Assembly: GCA_963969005.1 (NCBI GenBank)
Contig: CAXAJC010000001.1
Location: forward strand, 1,477 to 65,476
Length of the DNA: 64,000 bases
Direction of reading: 5' to 3'
Source: an uncultured Cellvibrionales bacterium
Lineage (GTDB): Bacteria > Pseudomonadota > Gammaproteobacteria > Pseudomonadales > Porticoccaceae
Below the pieces are notes generated by a model. The model saw nothing but the letters and a program-made list of their open reading frames with translations. It had not been told where the DNA came from and ran no database searches. Made by a program: the position numbers and the translations under genes. Positions 46,914-58,894 of this stretch are shown here, piece by piece. Within the stretch, counting starts at the first letter, position 1; every line of letters starts with the position of its first letter.

Positions 46914-47639
46914 TTACAGGGTAAAATGCTCTCCAAGGTAGGTTTTGCGTACTTTTGCGTCGCTGAGGATATGTTCTGTGGTGCCTTCGGCGATAACATG
47001 GCCTTCGCCGATAATGTAGGCATGCTCGCAGATATCCAGTGTTTCACGCACATTATGGTCGGTGATCAACACACCAATACCTTTGTCCCGCAGATGGCGA
47101 ATAATACCTTTGATGTCATTGACCGAGATGGGGTCAACGCCGGCAAAGGGTTCATCCAGTAAAATAAACTGTGGGTCCGCAGCCAGTGCTCGTGCAATTT
47201 CGACGCGTCGCCGCTCTCCCCCTGAAAGGCTCATGCCAATATTTTTTGCCAAGTGAGAAATATGGAATTCATGCATCAACTCTTCGAGGCGCTGGTTGCG
47301 CTGCTGGCGGTTGAGTTCGCTGCGGGTTTCCAGAATAGCCAGTATATTGTTTTCGACACTCAGTTTTCTGAAGATTGAGGGTTCCTGGGGCAGATAGCCT
47401 AGCCCGCGCTGAGCGCGGCCATGCATGGGCAGGGAGGTGATATCCACATTATCGACGGTCACTGTGCCGCCATCCTGGCACACAAGGCCGATAATCATGT
47501 AGAAGCAGGTGGTTTTACCTGCGCCGTTAGGGCCCAGCAAGCCCACAATTTCACCCTGTTTAACTGACAGCGAGACATCTTTTACCACGGGGCGCTTGGC
47601 ATAGGATTTAGCCAGATTCTGTGCTTCTAAAATTGCCAT
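46914..47639 (-). CDS. lptB: LPS export ABC ATPase
   Basis: [29 protein letters not shown] and [10 protein letters not shown]. Confidence 0.98.
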   Translation of the reverse strand: MAILEAQNLAKSYAKRPVVKDVSLSVKQGEIVGLLGPNGAGKTTCFYMIIGLVCQDGGTVTVDNVDITSLPMHGRAQRGLGYLPQEPSIFRKLSVENNILAILETRSELNRQQRNQRLEELMHEFHISHLAKNIGMSLSGGERRRVEIARALAADPQFILLDEPFAGVDPISVNDIKGIIRHLRDKGIGVLITDHNVRETLDICEHAYIIGEGHVIAEGTTEHILSDAKVRKTYLGEHFTL

Positions 47640-48172
47640 TACTCTGGACTCTCCTGCTGTTCTGTTGTTGAGTTGTCCAGATTTGAAGGTGGTATCACCA
47701 ATTGGATACGTTTTTGGTTGCTGCGATTATTGCCGTTGGCTTTCCAAGTCCCTTTATTGATGTCGTAGACAATCAAATCTCCCGTAACCAATGTGCCATT
47801 GCGCGCCAGTGAGGCATTTTTTTGCAGGTTGATTTTGTCCTCGCCGAGCAGGTACTCAATAATTTCGCCATGGGCGACAACAATGCCCTCATTGATATTG
47901 GGCTGGTGTCTGTAGGTTGCAGGCTCGCCCAGAGACAGTATGCGATTGACCTTGCTGTCTTTATAGAAAATGGTCACTTTTTCAGCCTCTATGGAGACTG
48001 ATCCTTGACGCATAATCACATTGCCGCTGTATTCTGTGAGACCGGTGGCCTGGTTGCTTTCAGCGAAGTCGGATTCAATGGTAACGGGCTGGTCGCCATC
48101 GCCAGGTAGCCCGTAGCCATGAGTGACGGTAGCGAGAAAAATCATGGCGACTAATATTTTAAATTGGCTCAT
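47639..48172 (-). CDS. lptA: LPS transport periplasmic protein
   Basis: Signal peptide, [21 protein letters not shown] and beta-jellyroll pattern; synteny. Confidence 0.9.
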   Translation of the reverse strand: MSQFKILVAMIFLATVTHGYGLPGDGDQPVTIESDFAESNQATGLTEYSGNVIMRQGSVSIEAEKVTIFYKDSKVNRILSLGEPATYRHQPNINEGIVVAHGEIIEYLLGEDKINLQKNASLARNGTLVTGDLIVYDINKGTWKANGNNRSNQKRIQLVIPPSNLDNSTTEQQESPE

Positions 48173-48728
48173 GAATAGCCCGGACCTGTGATTTGATAAT
48201 AAATACCTCGTTAGTGAAATTGGCACTCAGCCCGGTTCCGGAAAGTTTAACCTCTGGCGATTTCAGTTTAAAGGGACCTTTATTGGTGGCGCTGTTGCTG
48301 TTGGGCAGATAGGTCATATCATCACTGGTCAAGATGGTCTGCCCCTCATCTGCTGTAGTGATTGCCACCACATCATCCTGCAGAAATACTTTATTACCGT
48401 TATTTGAAAGCGTGCCATGTTTGGCCTTAATACTCAGCTGATCGCTGTTAGCTGGCTCTTCAATGGTCACTATATTGGGCTGTTTGAGAGTCAGTTCTGA
48501 CTTCTTGTTAAAAAACTCGGCTCTGGTTGAGGTGAGTAAAAACTGCTGCCTACCAGAGGACGAAAACTTGAGGCTGCTGACATCGGTCATATAGCTATCG
48601 GCGACAGGAACTTCTTCCACTTGGCCAGTTTGCTTGCGCATAAAGGACTCCGGCGGACTATCCCAGATCAATAAAAAGCCACCGACGAAAAATATCAGTG
48701 CAGAGATAAGTAGCGCCTGTCTGATCAT
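48159..48728 (-). CDS. lptC: LPS export protein LptC
   Basis: N-terminal TM and beta-rich periplasmic part, between kdsC and lptA. Confidence 0.85.
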   Translation of the reverse strand: MIRQALLISALIFFVGGFLLIWDSPPESFMRKQTGQVEEVPVADSYMTDVSSLKFSSSGRQQFLLTSTRAEFFNKKSELTLKQPNIVTIEEPANSDQLSIKAKHGTLSNNGNKVFLQDDVVAITTADEGQTILTSDDMTYLPNSNSATNKGPFKLKSPEVKLSGTGLSANFTNEVFIIKSQVRAIHEPI

Positions 48729-49261
48729 TGATAGCTGGCCAGTATTGGCTGCAGTTTTCCCTGGGCCTCAAGTATTGTCTCGGCCACTTCGCGAACGGCG
48801 CCATGGCCGCCACTTTTAGCAGTCTGCCAAAGGGCCTGGCTGGCGTTGGTGGTGCTGCCATTAGCCGGGGTGATGCCCAGCCCAACCCGTCGGATAACCG
48901 CCAGATCAGGGAGGTCGTCGCCCATAAAGGCTATTTCATCCATGCTGATATCCATAGTTTGTAGCAGTTCGTTAAGGGCGGTTAGTTTGTCTTCGCGCCC
49001 CTGAACAACCGGATCTATACCAAGCTCATCAGCGCGGCGTTGAAGCAGCGCGGATACGCGGCCGGTAATAATACCCACCTGTACGCCTCCCTGCTGCAAT
49101 AATTTAATGCCCATCCCATCCTGTATATTAAAGGCCTTCATTTCTTCGCCGCTGTTGCCGTAGTAGAGGCGACCATCGGTCAGCACGCCATCTACATCCA
49201 GCAGTAGCAGTTTGATTTTCTTTGCCGCTGCAACGACAGAGGTAGGAACACTGTTGCCCAT
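48725..49261 (-). CDS. kdsC: KDO-8-phosphate phosphatase
   Basis: LDVDGVLTDG, IITGR, MGDDLPD and GGHGAVRE. Confidence 0.96.
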   Translation of the reverse strand: MGNSVPTSVVAAAKKIKLLLLDVDGVLTDGRLYYGNSGEEMKAFNIQDGMGIKLLQQGGVQVGIITGRVSALLQRRADELGIDPVVQGREDKLTALNELLQTMDISMDEIAFMGDDLPDLAVIRRVGLGITPANGSTTNASQALWQTAKSGGHGAVREVAETILEAQGKLQPILASYQ

Positions 49262-50232
49262 TAAACAACTCCTGCGCGCAAAATATCATGCATATGCAGA
49301 ACACCAATTGGATGTTGATTGTGATCTTCGACAATCAGTGCAGTGATACTGGCACTCTCCATAATGGTCAATGCTTCGGCGGCGAGTATGGCGTCGCTGA
49401 TGGTTTTTGGGTTAGGTGACATAACCTGCTCCATGGTTGCGGTACCAATATCAATGTTTTGATCAATAACGCGGCGCAGGTCTCCGTCGGTAAACACGCC
49501 CATAAGCTTATTGTTGCTGTCGACTACTGTTGTCATACCAAATCCTTTCTCGGTCATCTCAAGCAGTGCGTCCTGTAATAGCTGATCGGCTCGGACTCTG
49601 GGAACCTCTGTGTCCCCATGCATAATATCGCCGACCCGCAATAGCAGTTTGCGGCCCAGGGCTCCGCCCGGGTGGGAGAAGGCAAAGTCTTCGGCGCTGA
49701 AGCCGCGGGACTCTAGCAGTGCAATAGCCAGAGCATCGCCCATCACCAATGTCACTGTGGTACTGGTGGTGGGAGCTAAATTTAACGGGCAGGCTTCGCT
49801 GATGACGCTGACATCAAGATTGGCACAGGCAGATTGGGACAATATTGATTCCGGGTCCCCGGTCATGCTGATCAGGGGAATGCCCAGGCGTTTGATCAAC
49901 GGCAATATGGTAACCACTTCTGCGGTACTGCCTGAGTTTGAAATGGCGATCACCACATCATTTTTGGTGATCATACCCAGATCTCCGTGACTGGCTTCGC
50001 CCGGGTGGACAAAAAAGGCTGGTGTGCCTGTGCTGGCCAATGTTGCGGCAATTTTATTGCCTATGTGCCCGGACTTGCCCATACCGGTGACAACCACACG
50101 ACCTTCGCAGGCCAGTATAGTCTTGCAGGCACGCTCGAAATCGTTGTTGATGCACGGCGCCAGCTGCCCTACGGCCAGAGATTCCATCTCTACGGTGCGC
50201 AGGCCAGATTTAATAAAGTCGCTTGTTGCCAT
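49261..50232 (-). CDS. kdsD: arabinose-5-phosphate isomerase
   Basis: GMGKSGHIG, HPGEASHGDLG, EACPLNLAPT, HPGGALG and a CBS pair. Confidence 0.97.
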   Translation of the reverse strand: MATSDFIKSGLRTVEMESLAVGQLAPCINNDFERACKTILACEGRVVVTGMGKSGHIGNKIAATLASTGTPAFFVHPGEASHGDLGMITKNDVVIAISNSGSTAEVVTILPLIKRLGIPLISMTGDPESILSQSACANLDVSVISEACPLNLAPTTSTTVTLVMGDALAIALLESRGFSAEDFAFSHPGGALGRKLLLRVGDIMHGDTEVPRVRADQLLQDALLEMTEKGFGMTTVVDSNNKLMGVFTDGDLRRVIDQNIDIGTATMEQVMSPNPKTISDAILAAEALTIMESASITALIVEDHNQHPIGVLHMHDILRAGVV

Positions 50233-50290
50233 ATTCAGGATTCATCTGTGTTTAAGTTCAGTATTATAGAGCAAATCAGGTCGGGCGTAT

Positions 50291-51274
50291 TTAGGCTTGG
50301 CCTGCCGAGATTGCAGGCCATAGCAGTACATAATAAAACCCGTAGCCTGCCAGCAAAATCATGCCCATGGTTTTGGATATGCGTCCTGAGCTGCTGCGCA
50401 GTGCAACTGCGGCCAAAATAACCATCAGCAGGGTCATTGCTGCCATAGTGGCATAGTCACGGGCAAAGACATCGGGGCTTAGAGCTACCGGGGCTATAGC
50501 GCCGGCAGAGGTCATTACCAGCATAAGATTAAACAGGTTGGAACCCAAAATATTACCCAGGGCTATATCATGATGGCCGCGAATGGCACTTATCACCGAG
50601 GCGGCCAGTTCGGGCAGGCTGGTGCCGATGGCGACTACGGTAAGGCCTATCACTAGTTCGCTGATGCCTGCGTAGGCGGCAATGGATTTTGCCCCCCACA
50701 CAGTAATCTCGGCACTGACTAGCAGCACTCCCAGACCCACAGCAAACCACAGTAGCGCACTGCCAATGGGAAGTTCCGGAAGCTCTTCGGCCTCTCCGAT
50801 CACTTCCTGGTTGGGATGATTCTTTTTGTATTTGACCACCAATATCAGCAGCGGAACAATTAGCAGGCCCAGGCTGATGCTCTCGCCGCGACCGAGAAAT
50901 CCATCATAGAGGCATAATCCAGCCAGCGCTGTGATCAGTAAAAGAACCGGGGTCTCTTCCCGCAGTAAATACTTTTGCACTGGAATAGGGGCTACCAGTG
51001 CTGTAATACCCAGTACCAGACCAATGTTAGCTAGGTTTGAACCCAGAGCATTGCCGACGGCCAGTTGTGCAGCATCTCTCATGGCGGCATTGATGGAGAC
51101 AATAACCTCTGGTGCAGAGGTACCCACAGAGACCACAGTCAGGCCGATAATCATGGGTGAAATGCCAAAGTTACGCGCTGCGCCCGCACTGCCGGCAACA
51201 AATCTGTCAGCTCCCCAAAGCAGGCCTAAAATCCCCGCGACAAGGGCCAGCATGGGTAGATAGATAGCGGACAT
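50291..51274 (-). CDS. yrbG: Ca2+/Na+ antiporter family protein
   Basis: Two alpha repeats, GTSAPE/GSNLAN and GTSLPE/GSNLFN. Confidence 0.93.
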   Translation of the reverse strand: MSAIYLPMLALVAGILGLLWGADRFVAGSAGAARNFGISPMIIGLTVVSVGTSAPEVIVSINAAMRDAAQLAVGNALGSNLANIGLVLGITALVAPIPVQKYLLREETPVLLLITALAGLCLYDGFLGRGESISLGLLIVPLLILVVKYKKNHPNQEVIGEAEELPELPIGSALLWFAVGLGVLLVSAEITVWGAKSIAAYAGISELVIGLTVVAIGTSLPELAASVISAIRGHHDIALGNILGSNLFNLMLVMTSAGAIAPVALSPDVFARDYATMAAMTLLMVILAAVALRSSSGRISKTMGMILLAGYGFYYVLLWPAISAGQA

Positions 51275-51401
51275 ATAGTCTCCGGCTGTGTTTATTCAAT
51301 AGTGCGGGAATGGTATAGTGCCCAGCCACTATTGTCAGCACTGAAGAACTAGATTTTTGAATCCGCTGTCAAGGGAAGAGAATTTAAATGAGAAATATAA
51401 T

Positions 51402-52031
51402 ATGCGATTAATAAGAACAGGTTTCCTGAGTACTCTGGTCGGGTTGCTGATGTCAATATCAGCGATAGTTTCTGCTGAGAGCGCGCCAGCCACTGAGAAA
51501 GGTCCCTTTGAGAAGATTGAGCAGGTCACCGCTCAGTTGTTAGTGGTGATTGCAGACCATGTCGAAGGTTTTCCAGAGAATGAGCCGCAATATTTCCAGG
51601 CGCTGAATACTCTGCTGGAGCAGCATATTGATTTCAACTATATCGCTAAATCAGTGATGGGCCGCTCGGCAAAGAGCGCGACTGGTGAGCAGCGAACTGA
51701 GTTCGCTACTAAATTTCGCAATGGTCTGATTGAGACCTATGGTCGCGGACTTATCGGCTATGGCGATGAGAAGATTGTGCTGCTCAACAAAGCACCGTTG
51801 AAACCGGGCCAAAGAATGGTGTCGGTAAAGCAGGAAATTCAAGCTGAAGGCGCGGTGTACCCAATGGAATATTCTATGGCCCTCAGCAAAAAAACCGGGC
51901 AATGGAAGGCCATTAATGTGGTGATCAATGGTATTAACATGCGCAATATTTTCCGCAGCCAGTTTGCCAATGCTGTACAGAAAGCTGGTGGCGATATTGA
52001 TGCGGTTATTGCTGACTGGTCAGCTGAATAA
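51402..52031 (+). CDS. mlaC: MlaC/Ttg2D phospholipid-binding protein
   Basis: Signal peptide, IDFNYIAKSVMG, QRTEF...LIETYG, WKAINVVINGI and RSQF. Confidence 0.88.
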   Translation: MRLIRTGFLSTLVGLLMSISAIVSAESAPATEKGPFEKIEQVTAQLLVVIADHVEGFPENEPQYFQALNTLLEQHIDFNYIAKSVMGRSAKSATGEQRTEFATKFRNGLIETYGRGLIGYGDEKIVLLNKAPLKPGQRMVSVKQEIQAEGAVYPMEYSMALSKKTGQWKAINVVINGINMRNIFRSQFANAVQKAGGDIDAVIADWSAE

Positions 52032-52062
52032 TATGTAATTTAAGAGAAGAGTTAACCTATAA

Positions 52063-52302
52063 ATGAATCCAGATGATGTAAAAGTGCTGCTAGAAAATGC
52101 CCTGCCCGATTGTTTATTTCAGGTGGAGACCGATGGTGGCCATTTTAATATTGTTGCTATTGGTGATCTATTTGAGGGCAAGCGTCCTGTGCAGCGTCAG
52201 CAACAGATTTATGCTGCCCTCAATGAAAAGATATCTTCTGGCGCGATTCACGCAGTCAATATGAAAACATTCACTCATCAAGAGTGGAATGATCGCAGCT
52301 AA
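52063..52302 (+). CDS. ibaG: BolA/IbaG family protein
   Basis: DGGHF...FEGKRPVQRQQQIY...IHAV, upstream of murA. Confidence 0.92.
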   Translation: MNPDDVKVLLENALPDCLFQVETDGGHFNIVAIGDLFEGKRPVQRQQQIYAALNEKISSGAIHAVNMKTFTHQEWNDRS

Positions 52303-52332
52303 TACCTCTGCGGCTCTACTATCAAATTCTGA

Positions 52333-53604
<1,272 letters not shown>

Positions 53605-53646
53605 ACCGGCGAATTAAAGCTAAGCCTGAGAGACCAGATAATTGTT

Positions 53647-54282
53647 ATGACACAGATTACCCTGGCCCTGACCAAGGGTCGCATATTAAAAGAAACTCTA
53701 CCGCTGCTTGAGGCTGCGGGAATCGTGCCTGCGGAAGATATAGCCACCAGCCGTAAATTGGTATTTGCGACCAATCAGGAAGGTTTGCGCCTGCTGATTT
53801 TGCGCGGCTCCGATGTCCCCACCTATGTGCAGTTTGGTGCGGCCGATATAGGTGTTGCTGGCAAGGATGGTCTGCTGGAACACCAGGGTGATGGCTACTA
53901 CGAGCCCCTGGATCTGGGTATTGCTCGCTGCAAGCTGATGACTGCTGTGCCTGTTGGTGCTCAGCCCCAGACTGGGCGTCTGCGTGTGGCAACAAAATAT
54001 GTCAACGTGGCGCGCCAGTTTTATGCTGAGCAGGGTCGCCAGGCAGATCTGATCAAGCTCTATGGCGCCATGGAAATTGCGCCGATCCTTGGTTTGGCCC
54101 ATGAAATCGTGGATATTGTTGATACAGGCAATACTTTAAAAGCCAACGGCCTTGAGGCTCAGGAAGAAATTGCCGATATCAGCTCTCGCCTAATTGTGAA
54201 TAAAGCAGCGATGAAAACTAAATACAATGAGATTCAGTCCATTGTGGACGCGCTGCAGAGCGCAGTGGCGAATAAAGCGTGA
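53647..54282 (+). CDS. hisG: ATP phosphoribosyltransferase, short form
   Basis: ALTKGRI, DVPTYV, RVATKY and [11 protein letters not shown]. At 211 aa it lacks the C-terminal regulatory domain. Confidence 0.97.
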   Translation: MTQITLALTKGRILKETLPLLEAAGIVPAEDIATSRKLVFATNQEGLRLLILRGSDVPTYVQFGAADIGVAGKDGLLEHQGDGYYEPLDLGIARCKLMTAVPVGAQPQTGRLRVATKYVNVARQFYAEQGRQADLIKLYGAMEIAPILGLAHEIVDIVDTGNTLKANGLEAQEEIADISSRLIVNKAAMKTKYNEIQSIVDALQSAVANKA

Positions 54283-55586
54283 GCAGGTCAACTATTAATC
54301 GTCTAACCAGTGCCGATGCAGACTTTCTGCCATCGCTGGATAAGCTGATCGCCTGGGATATGGTGTCAGATAGCGATGTTGAATCTGCTGTTGCAGGGAT
54401 TTTAACTCAGGTTCGTGCTCGCGGCGATGCTGCACTGATTGAGTACAGTAATCGCTTTGATCGTCGCGATTGTGAGTCTATCAGTGAATTTTGTCTTAGC
54501 TCGAAACAGCTTCAGGAGGCCCTGGAGTCAATAGATTCAGTCACCCGTGACGCCCTGGAAACAGCAGCGACTAGAATCCGTGATTATCACAGTCACCAGT
54601 TGCAGGAGTCTTGGCAGTATCAGGAGGCCGACGGCACTGTGCTCGGTCAGCAGGTGACGCCACTGGAGTCAGTGGGTATCTACGTGCCCGGTGGCAAAGC
54701 TAGTTATCCCTCGTCAGTGCTGATGAACTGTATCCCCGCTCGTGTCGCCGGTGTCAGCGAAGTGATTATGATGGTGCCAGCCCCGGATAATGAGCTCAGC
54801 CCAATTGTTTTGGCAGCGGCGGCCATTGCCGGTGTTGATAAGGTATTTACCATTGGTGGTGCCCAGGCGATCGCTGCACTGGCCTATGGCACTGAGACGG
54901 TGCCCAAAGTGGATAAGATTGTTGGACCAGGCAATATCTATGTTGCTACAGCCAAGCGTATGGTGTTTGGTTCCGTGGGTCTTGATATGGTGGCGGGCCC
55001 TAGCGAAATTTTAGTGGTTTGCGATGGCCAGACTGATCCTGACTGGATTGCCATGGATTTGTTTTCTCAGGCTGAGCACGATGAAGATGCCCAGTCTATG
55101 CTAATTGCCTGGGATGCAGACTATCTGGATGCAGTGCAGCAGAGTATTGAAAAGCTGCTGCCGGAGATGGAGCGGCGGGATATTATTGCCCAGTCTCTGG
55201 CTAACCGCGGTGCTCTGATTGAGGTGGCCGATGCGGGCGAAGCAGTCACCATCTGCAATCGTATTGCCCCGGAGCATTTAGAACTCTCTGTGGCAGACCC
55301 AGAGTCCTGGTTGCCCAATATCAAGCATGCAGGTGCCATATTTATGGGCCGTCACACAGCAGAGGCGCTGGGTGATTACTGTGCCGGGCCCAACCATGTG
55401 TTGCCCACCTCGGCGACATCAAGATTTTCGTCGCCCTTGGGGGTGTATGATTTTCAGAAGCGCAGCTCTCTGATTTTTTGTTCTGAGCAGGGTGCGTCAG
55501 ATCTAGGCCGTATAGCCTCAGTGTTGGGGCGAGGTGAGTCCCTGACGGCCCACGCGCGGTCGGCGGAATACCGGATTAAAAAGTAG
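54279..55586 (+). CDS. hisD: histidinol dehydrogenase
   Basis: [33 protein letters not shown] and AGPNHVLPT. Confidence 0.98.
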   Translation: MSRSTINRLTSADADFLPSLDKLIAWDMVSDSDVESAVAGILTQVRARGDAALIEYSNRFDRRDCESISEFCLSSKQLQEALESIDSVTRDALETAATRIRDYHSHQLQESWQYQEADGTVLGQQVTPLESVGIYVPGGKASYPSSVLMNCIPARVAGVSEVIMMVPAPDNELSPIVLAAAAIAGVDKVFTIGGAQAIAALAYGTETVPKVDKIVGPGNIYVATAKRMVFGSVGLDMVAGPSEILVVCDGQTDPDWIAMDLFSQAEHDEDAQSMLIAWDADYLDAVQQSIEKLLPEMERRDIIAQSLANRGALIEVADAGEAVTICNRIAPEHLELSVADPESWLPNIKHAGAIFMGRHTAEALGDYCAGPNHVLPTSATSRFSSPLGVYDFQKRSSLIFCSEQGASDLGRIASVLGRGESLTAHARSAEYRIKK

Positions 55587-55607
55587 TACTACTGAGTAAG
55601 CATTGAT

Positions 55608-56669
55608 ATGAGCAGGTACTGGAGTGACTTTGTTAAACAGCTGCAACCCTATACTCCCGGGGAACAGCCAAAAATTAATAATCTCACCAAGTTAAACACC
55701 AATGAAAACCCCTACGGTCCATCGCCAGATGCGCTGCAGGCAATGCAGCAGCTACTCAATGATGATCTGCGCCTGTACCCGCCCCCCAATGCCGATGATC
55801 TAAAGGCGACTATTGCCGATTATTATCAGGTAAACGCTCAGCAGATTTTTGTTGGCAATGGTTCCGACGAAGTTCTGGCGCATATTTTTAATGGCCTGCT
55901 AAAACAGGACAAACCGATATTTTTCCCCGATATCAGCTACAGCTTTTATCCGGTTTTTTGTCAGCTTTACGATATTGAATATGAGCAGATTCCTTTAACT
56001 CAGGATTACTCTATTGATCTGCAGGCCTATCGGCGCCCCAATGGCGGCATTATTTTCCCCAATCCCAATGCTCCAACGGGCAGAGTGTTGGGTCTGGATG
56101 TTATTGAACAACTGTTGCAGGCCAACCGGGACTCTGTGATTGTGGTTGATGAGGCCTATATTGATTTTGGCGGCCAGAGCGCAGTGGCGCTGGTGGATAA
56201 ATACGCGAATCTAATTGTGGTTCACACATTGTCCAAGTCCCGCTCCCTGGCGGGTATGCGCATTGGTTATGCCATCGCCGGTGCTGAGTTGGTGGAGGGT
56301 CTGGACAGGGTGAAGAACAGTTTCAATTCCTATCCGCTGGGGCACCTGCAGATTGCTGCAGCTATTGCCTCTTTTAAGGATGAGGCGTATTTTCAGCAAA
56401 CCTGCACTCAGGTTATTGACAGTCGTGAACAGTTGGTAGAACAGCTACAACAGCTGGGTTTCGATGTTTTGCCATCGGCTGCCAATTTTGTCTTTGCCCG
56501 ACACAGGGACAAATCAGCCAGTGCTATAGCAGGGGAATTGCGTGAGCAGGGTTTGATTGTGCGGCACTTTAACAAGCCACGAATTGATCAGTTTCTGCGA
56601 ATTACTGTGGGAGCCCCGAAAGACAACCAGCTGTTGGTAGATAGCCTCGCGGCAATTCTTGGCGGCTAA
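55608..56669 (+). CDS. hisC: histidinol-phosphate aminotransferase
   Basis: [20 protein letters not shown] and [14 protein letters not shown]. Confidence 0.97.
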   Translation: MSRYWSDFVKQLQPYTPGEQPKINNLTKLNTNENPYGPSPDALQAMQQLLNDDLRLYPPPNADDLKATIADYYQVNAQQIFVGNGSDEVLAHIFNGLLKQDKPIFFPDISYSFYPVFCQLYDIEYEQIPLTQDYSIDLQAYRRPNGGIIFPNPNAPTGRVLGLDVIEQLLQANRDSVIVVDEAYIDFGGQSAVALVDKYANLIVVHTLSKSRSLAGMRIGYAIAGAELVEGLDRVKNSFNSYPLGHLQIAAAIASFKDEAYFQQTCTQVIDSREQLVEQLQQLGFDVLPSAANFVFARHRDKSASAIAGELREQGLIVRHFNKPRIDQFLRITVGAPKDNQLLVDSLAAILGG

Positions 56670-56689
56670 GGCTGCCTAAAGTTGGCTAT

Positions 56690-57838
56690 TTACTGGGGAT
56701 TCACCGGGCGGGTGCCAGCAACTGCAGTGAGGGTGAAAGTCTCTATACCCCTGAGTATTTCAAGTTTGATCGACTGCCCCGGCATTACATCAGCAATCTG
56801 ACTGGCGCTGCTGTGGCGATCTGTCACCGGGGTGCCATTGATACCAATAACTATATCTCCTGGTCTGATACCGATTTTCTGAGCTGGCCCTGCAGTAGAT
56901 ACACGATTGACCAGCAGCCCCCTGGTAGTGCTGGTATTAAAACGTCGCGCCAAATCCGGATTCAGCGGTGTTGCGTCCATTCCCAGCCAGCCGCGAATAA
57001 CCCGACCATATTGAATAATATCATTGAGTACTTTTTGCGCCTCATTGACCGGAATGGCAAAGCTCATGCCGGCGGCGCCATTGCGATCAAGTTTTGCTGT
57101 ATTGATGCCTAGCAGGTTGCCATAGACATCGACCAGCGCACCACCAGAATTACCCGGGTTGATATCGGCATCGGTCTGGATAAAGTTTTCAAAGGTATTT
57201 AGGCCCAGACCATTGCGTCCGGTGGCACTAATAATGCCCTGTGTTACAGCCTGACCCAAGCCATAGGGGTTGCCAATAGCCAGTACCACATCACCTATCT
57301 TTGCATCCATGGCATCACCGATGGAGATAGGCTGCAGTTGATCTACATCTATCTTGAGAATGGCCAAATCTGTGTCGGGGTCAGTACCGACTATCTTTGC
57401 CGGGACGTCGCGGCCATCATATAGCAGCACCACAATCTCATCGAAGTTAGCGACCACATGGTTGTTGGTCATGATAAAACCGTCATCGCGGACAATAATG
57501 CCCGAGCCTAATGAGCTTTGCAGACGTTGCTGCTGATAATTAAAGAAGCGCCGTATAAATGGGTCATTAAGTAGGGGGTGTTTGTTCTCCCGTCGCACTT
57601 TGCGGGTGTAAATATTGACTACTGAGGGCGCGGCGCGGCGCACTGCTGCGGCATAGGAGACAGGTCCCACCCAGTCTGATGAGGCGGTGTCGTCTGTTTG
57701 GGCAAGATTGTCGAAGTCAGTGCTGGTGCCGCGAAACTGAGGGAAGACCAGCATTAACAGGGCAGCAACAAACAATCCCGTTAGCACAGGCTTGCCAATA
57801 TAATTAAAAATCCAGTCTATTTTTTGTCTATTCAGCAC
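56690..57838 (-). CDS. degS: DegS/AlgW-type HtrA serine protease
   Basis: N-terminal TM, TNNHV, DLAIL and GNSGGAL triad, single PDZ domain. Confidence 0.85.
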   Translation of the reverse strand: MLNRQKIDWIFNYIGKPVLTGLFVAALLMLVFPQFRGTSTDFDNLAQTDDTASSDWVGPVSYAAAVRRAAPSVVNIYTRKVRRENKHPLLNDPFIRRFFNYQQQRLQSSLGSGIIVRDDGFIMTNNHVVANFDEIVVLLYDGRDVPAKIVGTDPDTDLAILKIDVDQLQPISIGDAMDAKIGDVVLAIGNPYGLGQAVTQGIISATGRNGLGLNTFENFIQTDADINPGNSGGALVDVYGNLLGINTAKLDRNGAAGMSFAIPVNEAQKVLNDIIQYGRVIRGWLGMDATPLNPDLARRFNTSTTRGLLVNRVSTAGPAQKIGIRPGDIVIGINGTPVTDRHSSASQIADVMPGQSIKLEILRGIETFTLTAVAGTRPVNPQ

Positions 57839-57906
57839 GGTAACGAACCTCTCAATGCCGTTGATTATGGCACATTGGAGAGGTTATTGCGTTTTTCACC
57901 GGCGGG

Positions 57907-58212
57907 TTACTTGCGCAGTAAATTGGATAGTTTGGGATTCGGAGACTTGGCTGGTCGATAGATAAGCAGTATATGGCCGATTGACTGCACCAGTTCTGCC
58001 TTAAAGTTCTGGCAGATTTTATCACTAACGGCTTTTTTGGCCTCGCGATCGCCTACCGCCAGTTTTACCTTGATAAGCTCATGGTCACTGAGCGCGCGCT
58101 CGAGCTCGGCAGATACATTGTCGGTCAAGCCTTTTGCGGCAATGGTTACCACTGGCTTGAGATCATGTCCCAATCGACGTAAATGTTTTTTATCTTCATT
58201 GGAACTTGTCAT
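57907..58212 (-). CDS. yhbY: CRM-domain RNA-binding protein
   Basis: LRRLGHDLKPVV, HELIKVK and VQSIGHILLIYR; divergent from rlmE. Confidence 0.93.
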   Translation of the reverse strand: MTSSNEDKKHLRRLGHDLKPVVTIAAKGLTDNVSAELERALSDHELIKVKLAVGDREAKKAVSDKICQNFKAELVQSIGHILLIYRPAKSPNPKLSNLLRK

Positions 58213-58260
58213 AATGGTCGGCCTAATTTCAAAGTTGGCCATTCTAGCGAAATCCTCAGC

Positions 58261-58881
58261 ATGACGAAATCTAAAAATCGCAGTTGGATTAAACAACATG
58301 TTAAAGACCCCTATGTGATGCAGTCCCAAAGGGATGGCTATCGATCCCGTGCCAGCTATAAATTACTCGAAATAGTCGAAAAGCAGCGCTTGATCCGCTC
58401 TGGCATGACCGTCGTAGATTTAGGTTCTGCACCAGGCGGTTGGTCCCAAGTGGCAGCAAGTCTTGTGGGCCACGAGGGTCGGGTTCATGCGCTGGATATT
58501 CTGCCCATGGATCCGGTGGCAGGGGTGGATTTTATCCAAGGGGATTTTACCGAGGATGCCACCTTTGAGGAACTGCTCGCAGTTATCGGAAATAGGCCGG
58601 TCGACCTTGTAATTTCTGATATGGCCCCCAACTTAACAGGAGCGAAGTCCGTTGATCAGCCTGCTATGATGTATTTAGTTGAGCTGGCAATTGATTTGAC
58701 CTGCAGAGTAATGAAGGTGGAAGGAGTGTTTATCGCCAAATTATTTCAGGGTGAAGGCTTTGATGAGTTTGTGCGTCACGTCAGAACTGTGTTTAATACT
58801 GTTAGTCTAAAGAAACCAGATGCATCCAGAGCCAAGTCCCGCGAGGTCTATCTGGTAGCCAAGGGCCTTAAGGGCCAATAG
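58261..58881 (+). CDS. rlmE: 23S rRNA Um2552 methyltransferase
   Basis: YRSRASYKL, DLGSAPGGW, SDMAP and SRAKSREVY. Confidence 0.98.
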   Translation: MTKSKNRSWIKQHVKDPYVMQSQRDGYRSRASYKLLEIVEKQRLIRSGMTVVDLGSAPGGWSQVAASLVGHEGRVHALDILPMDPVAGVDFIQGDFTEDATFEELLAVIGNRPVDLVISDMAPNLTGAKSVDQPAMMYLVELAIDLTCRVMKVEGVFIAKLFQGEGFDEFVRHVRTVFNTVSLKKPDASRAKSREVYLVAKGLKGQ

Positions 58882-58894
58882 AGAGGAATAACTT

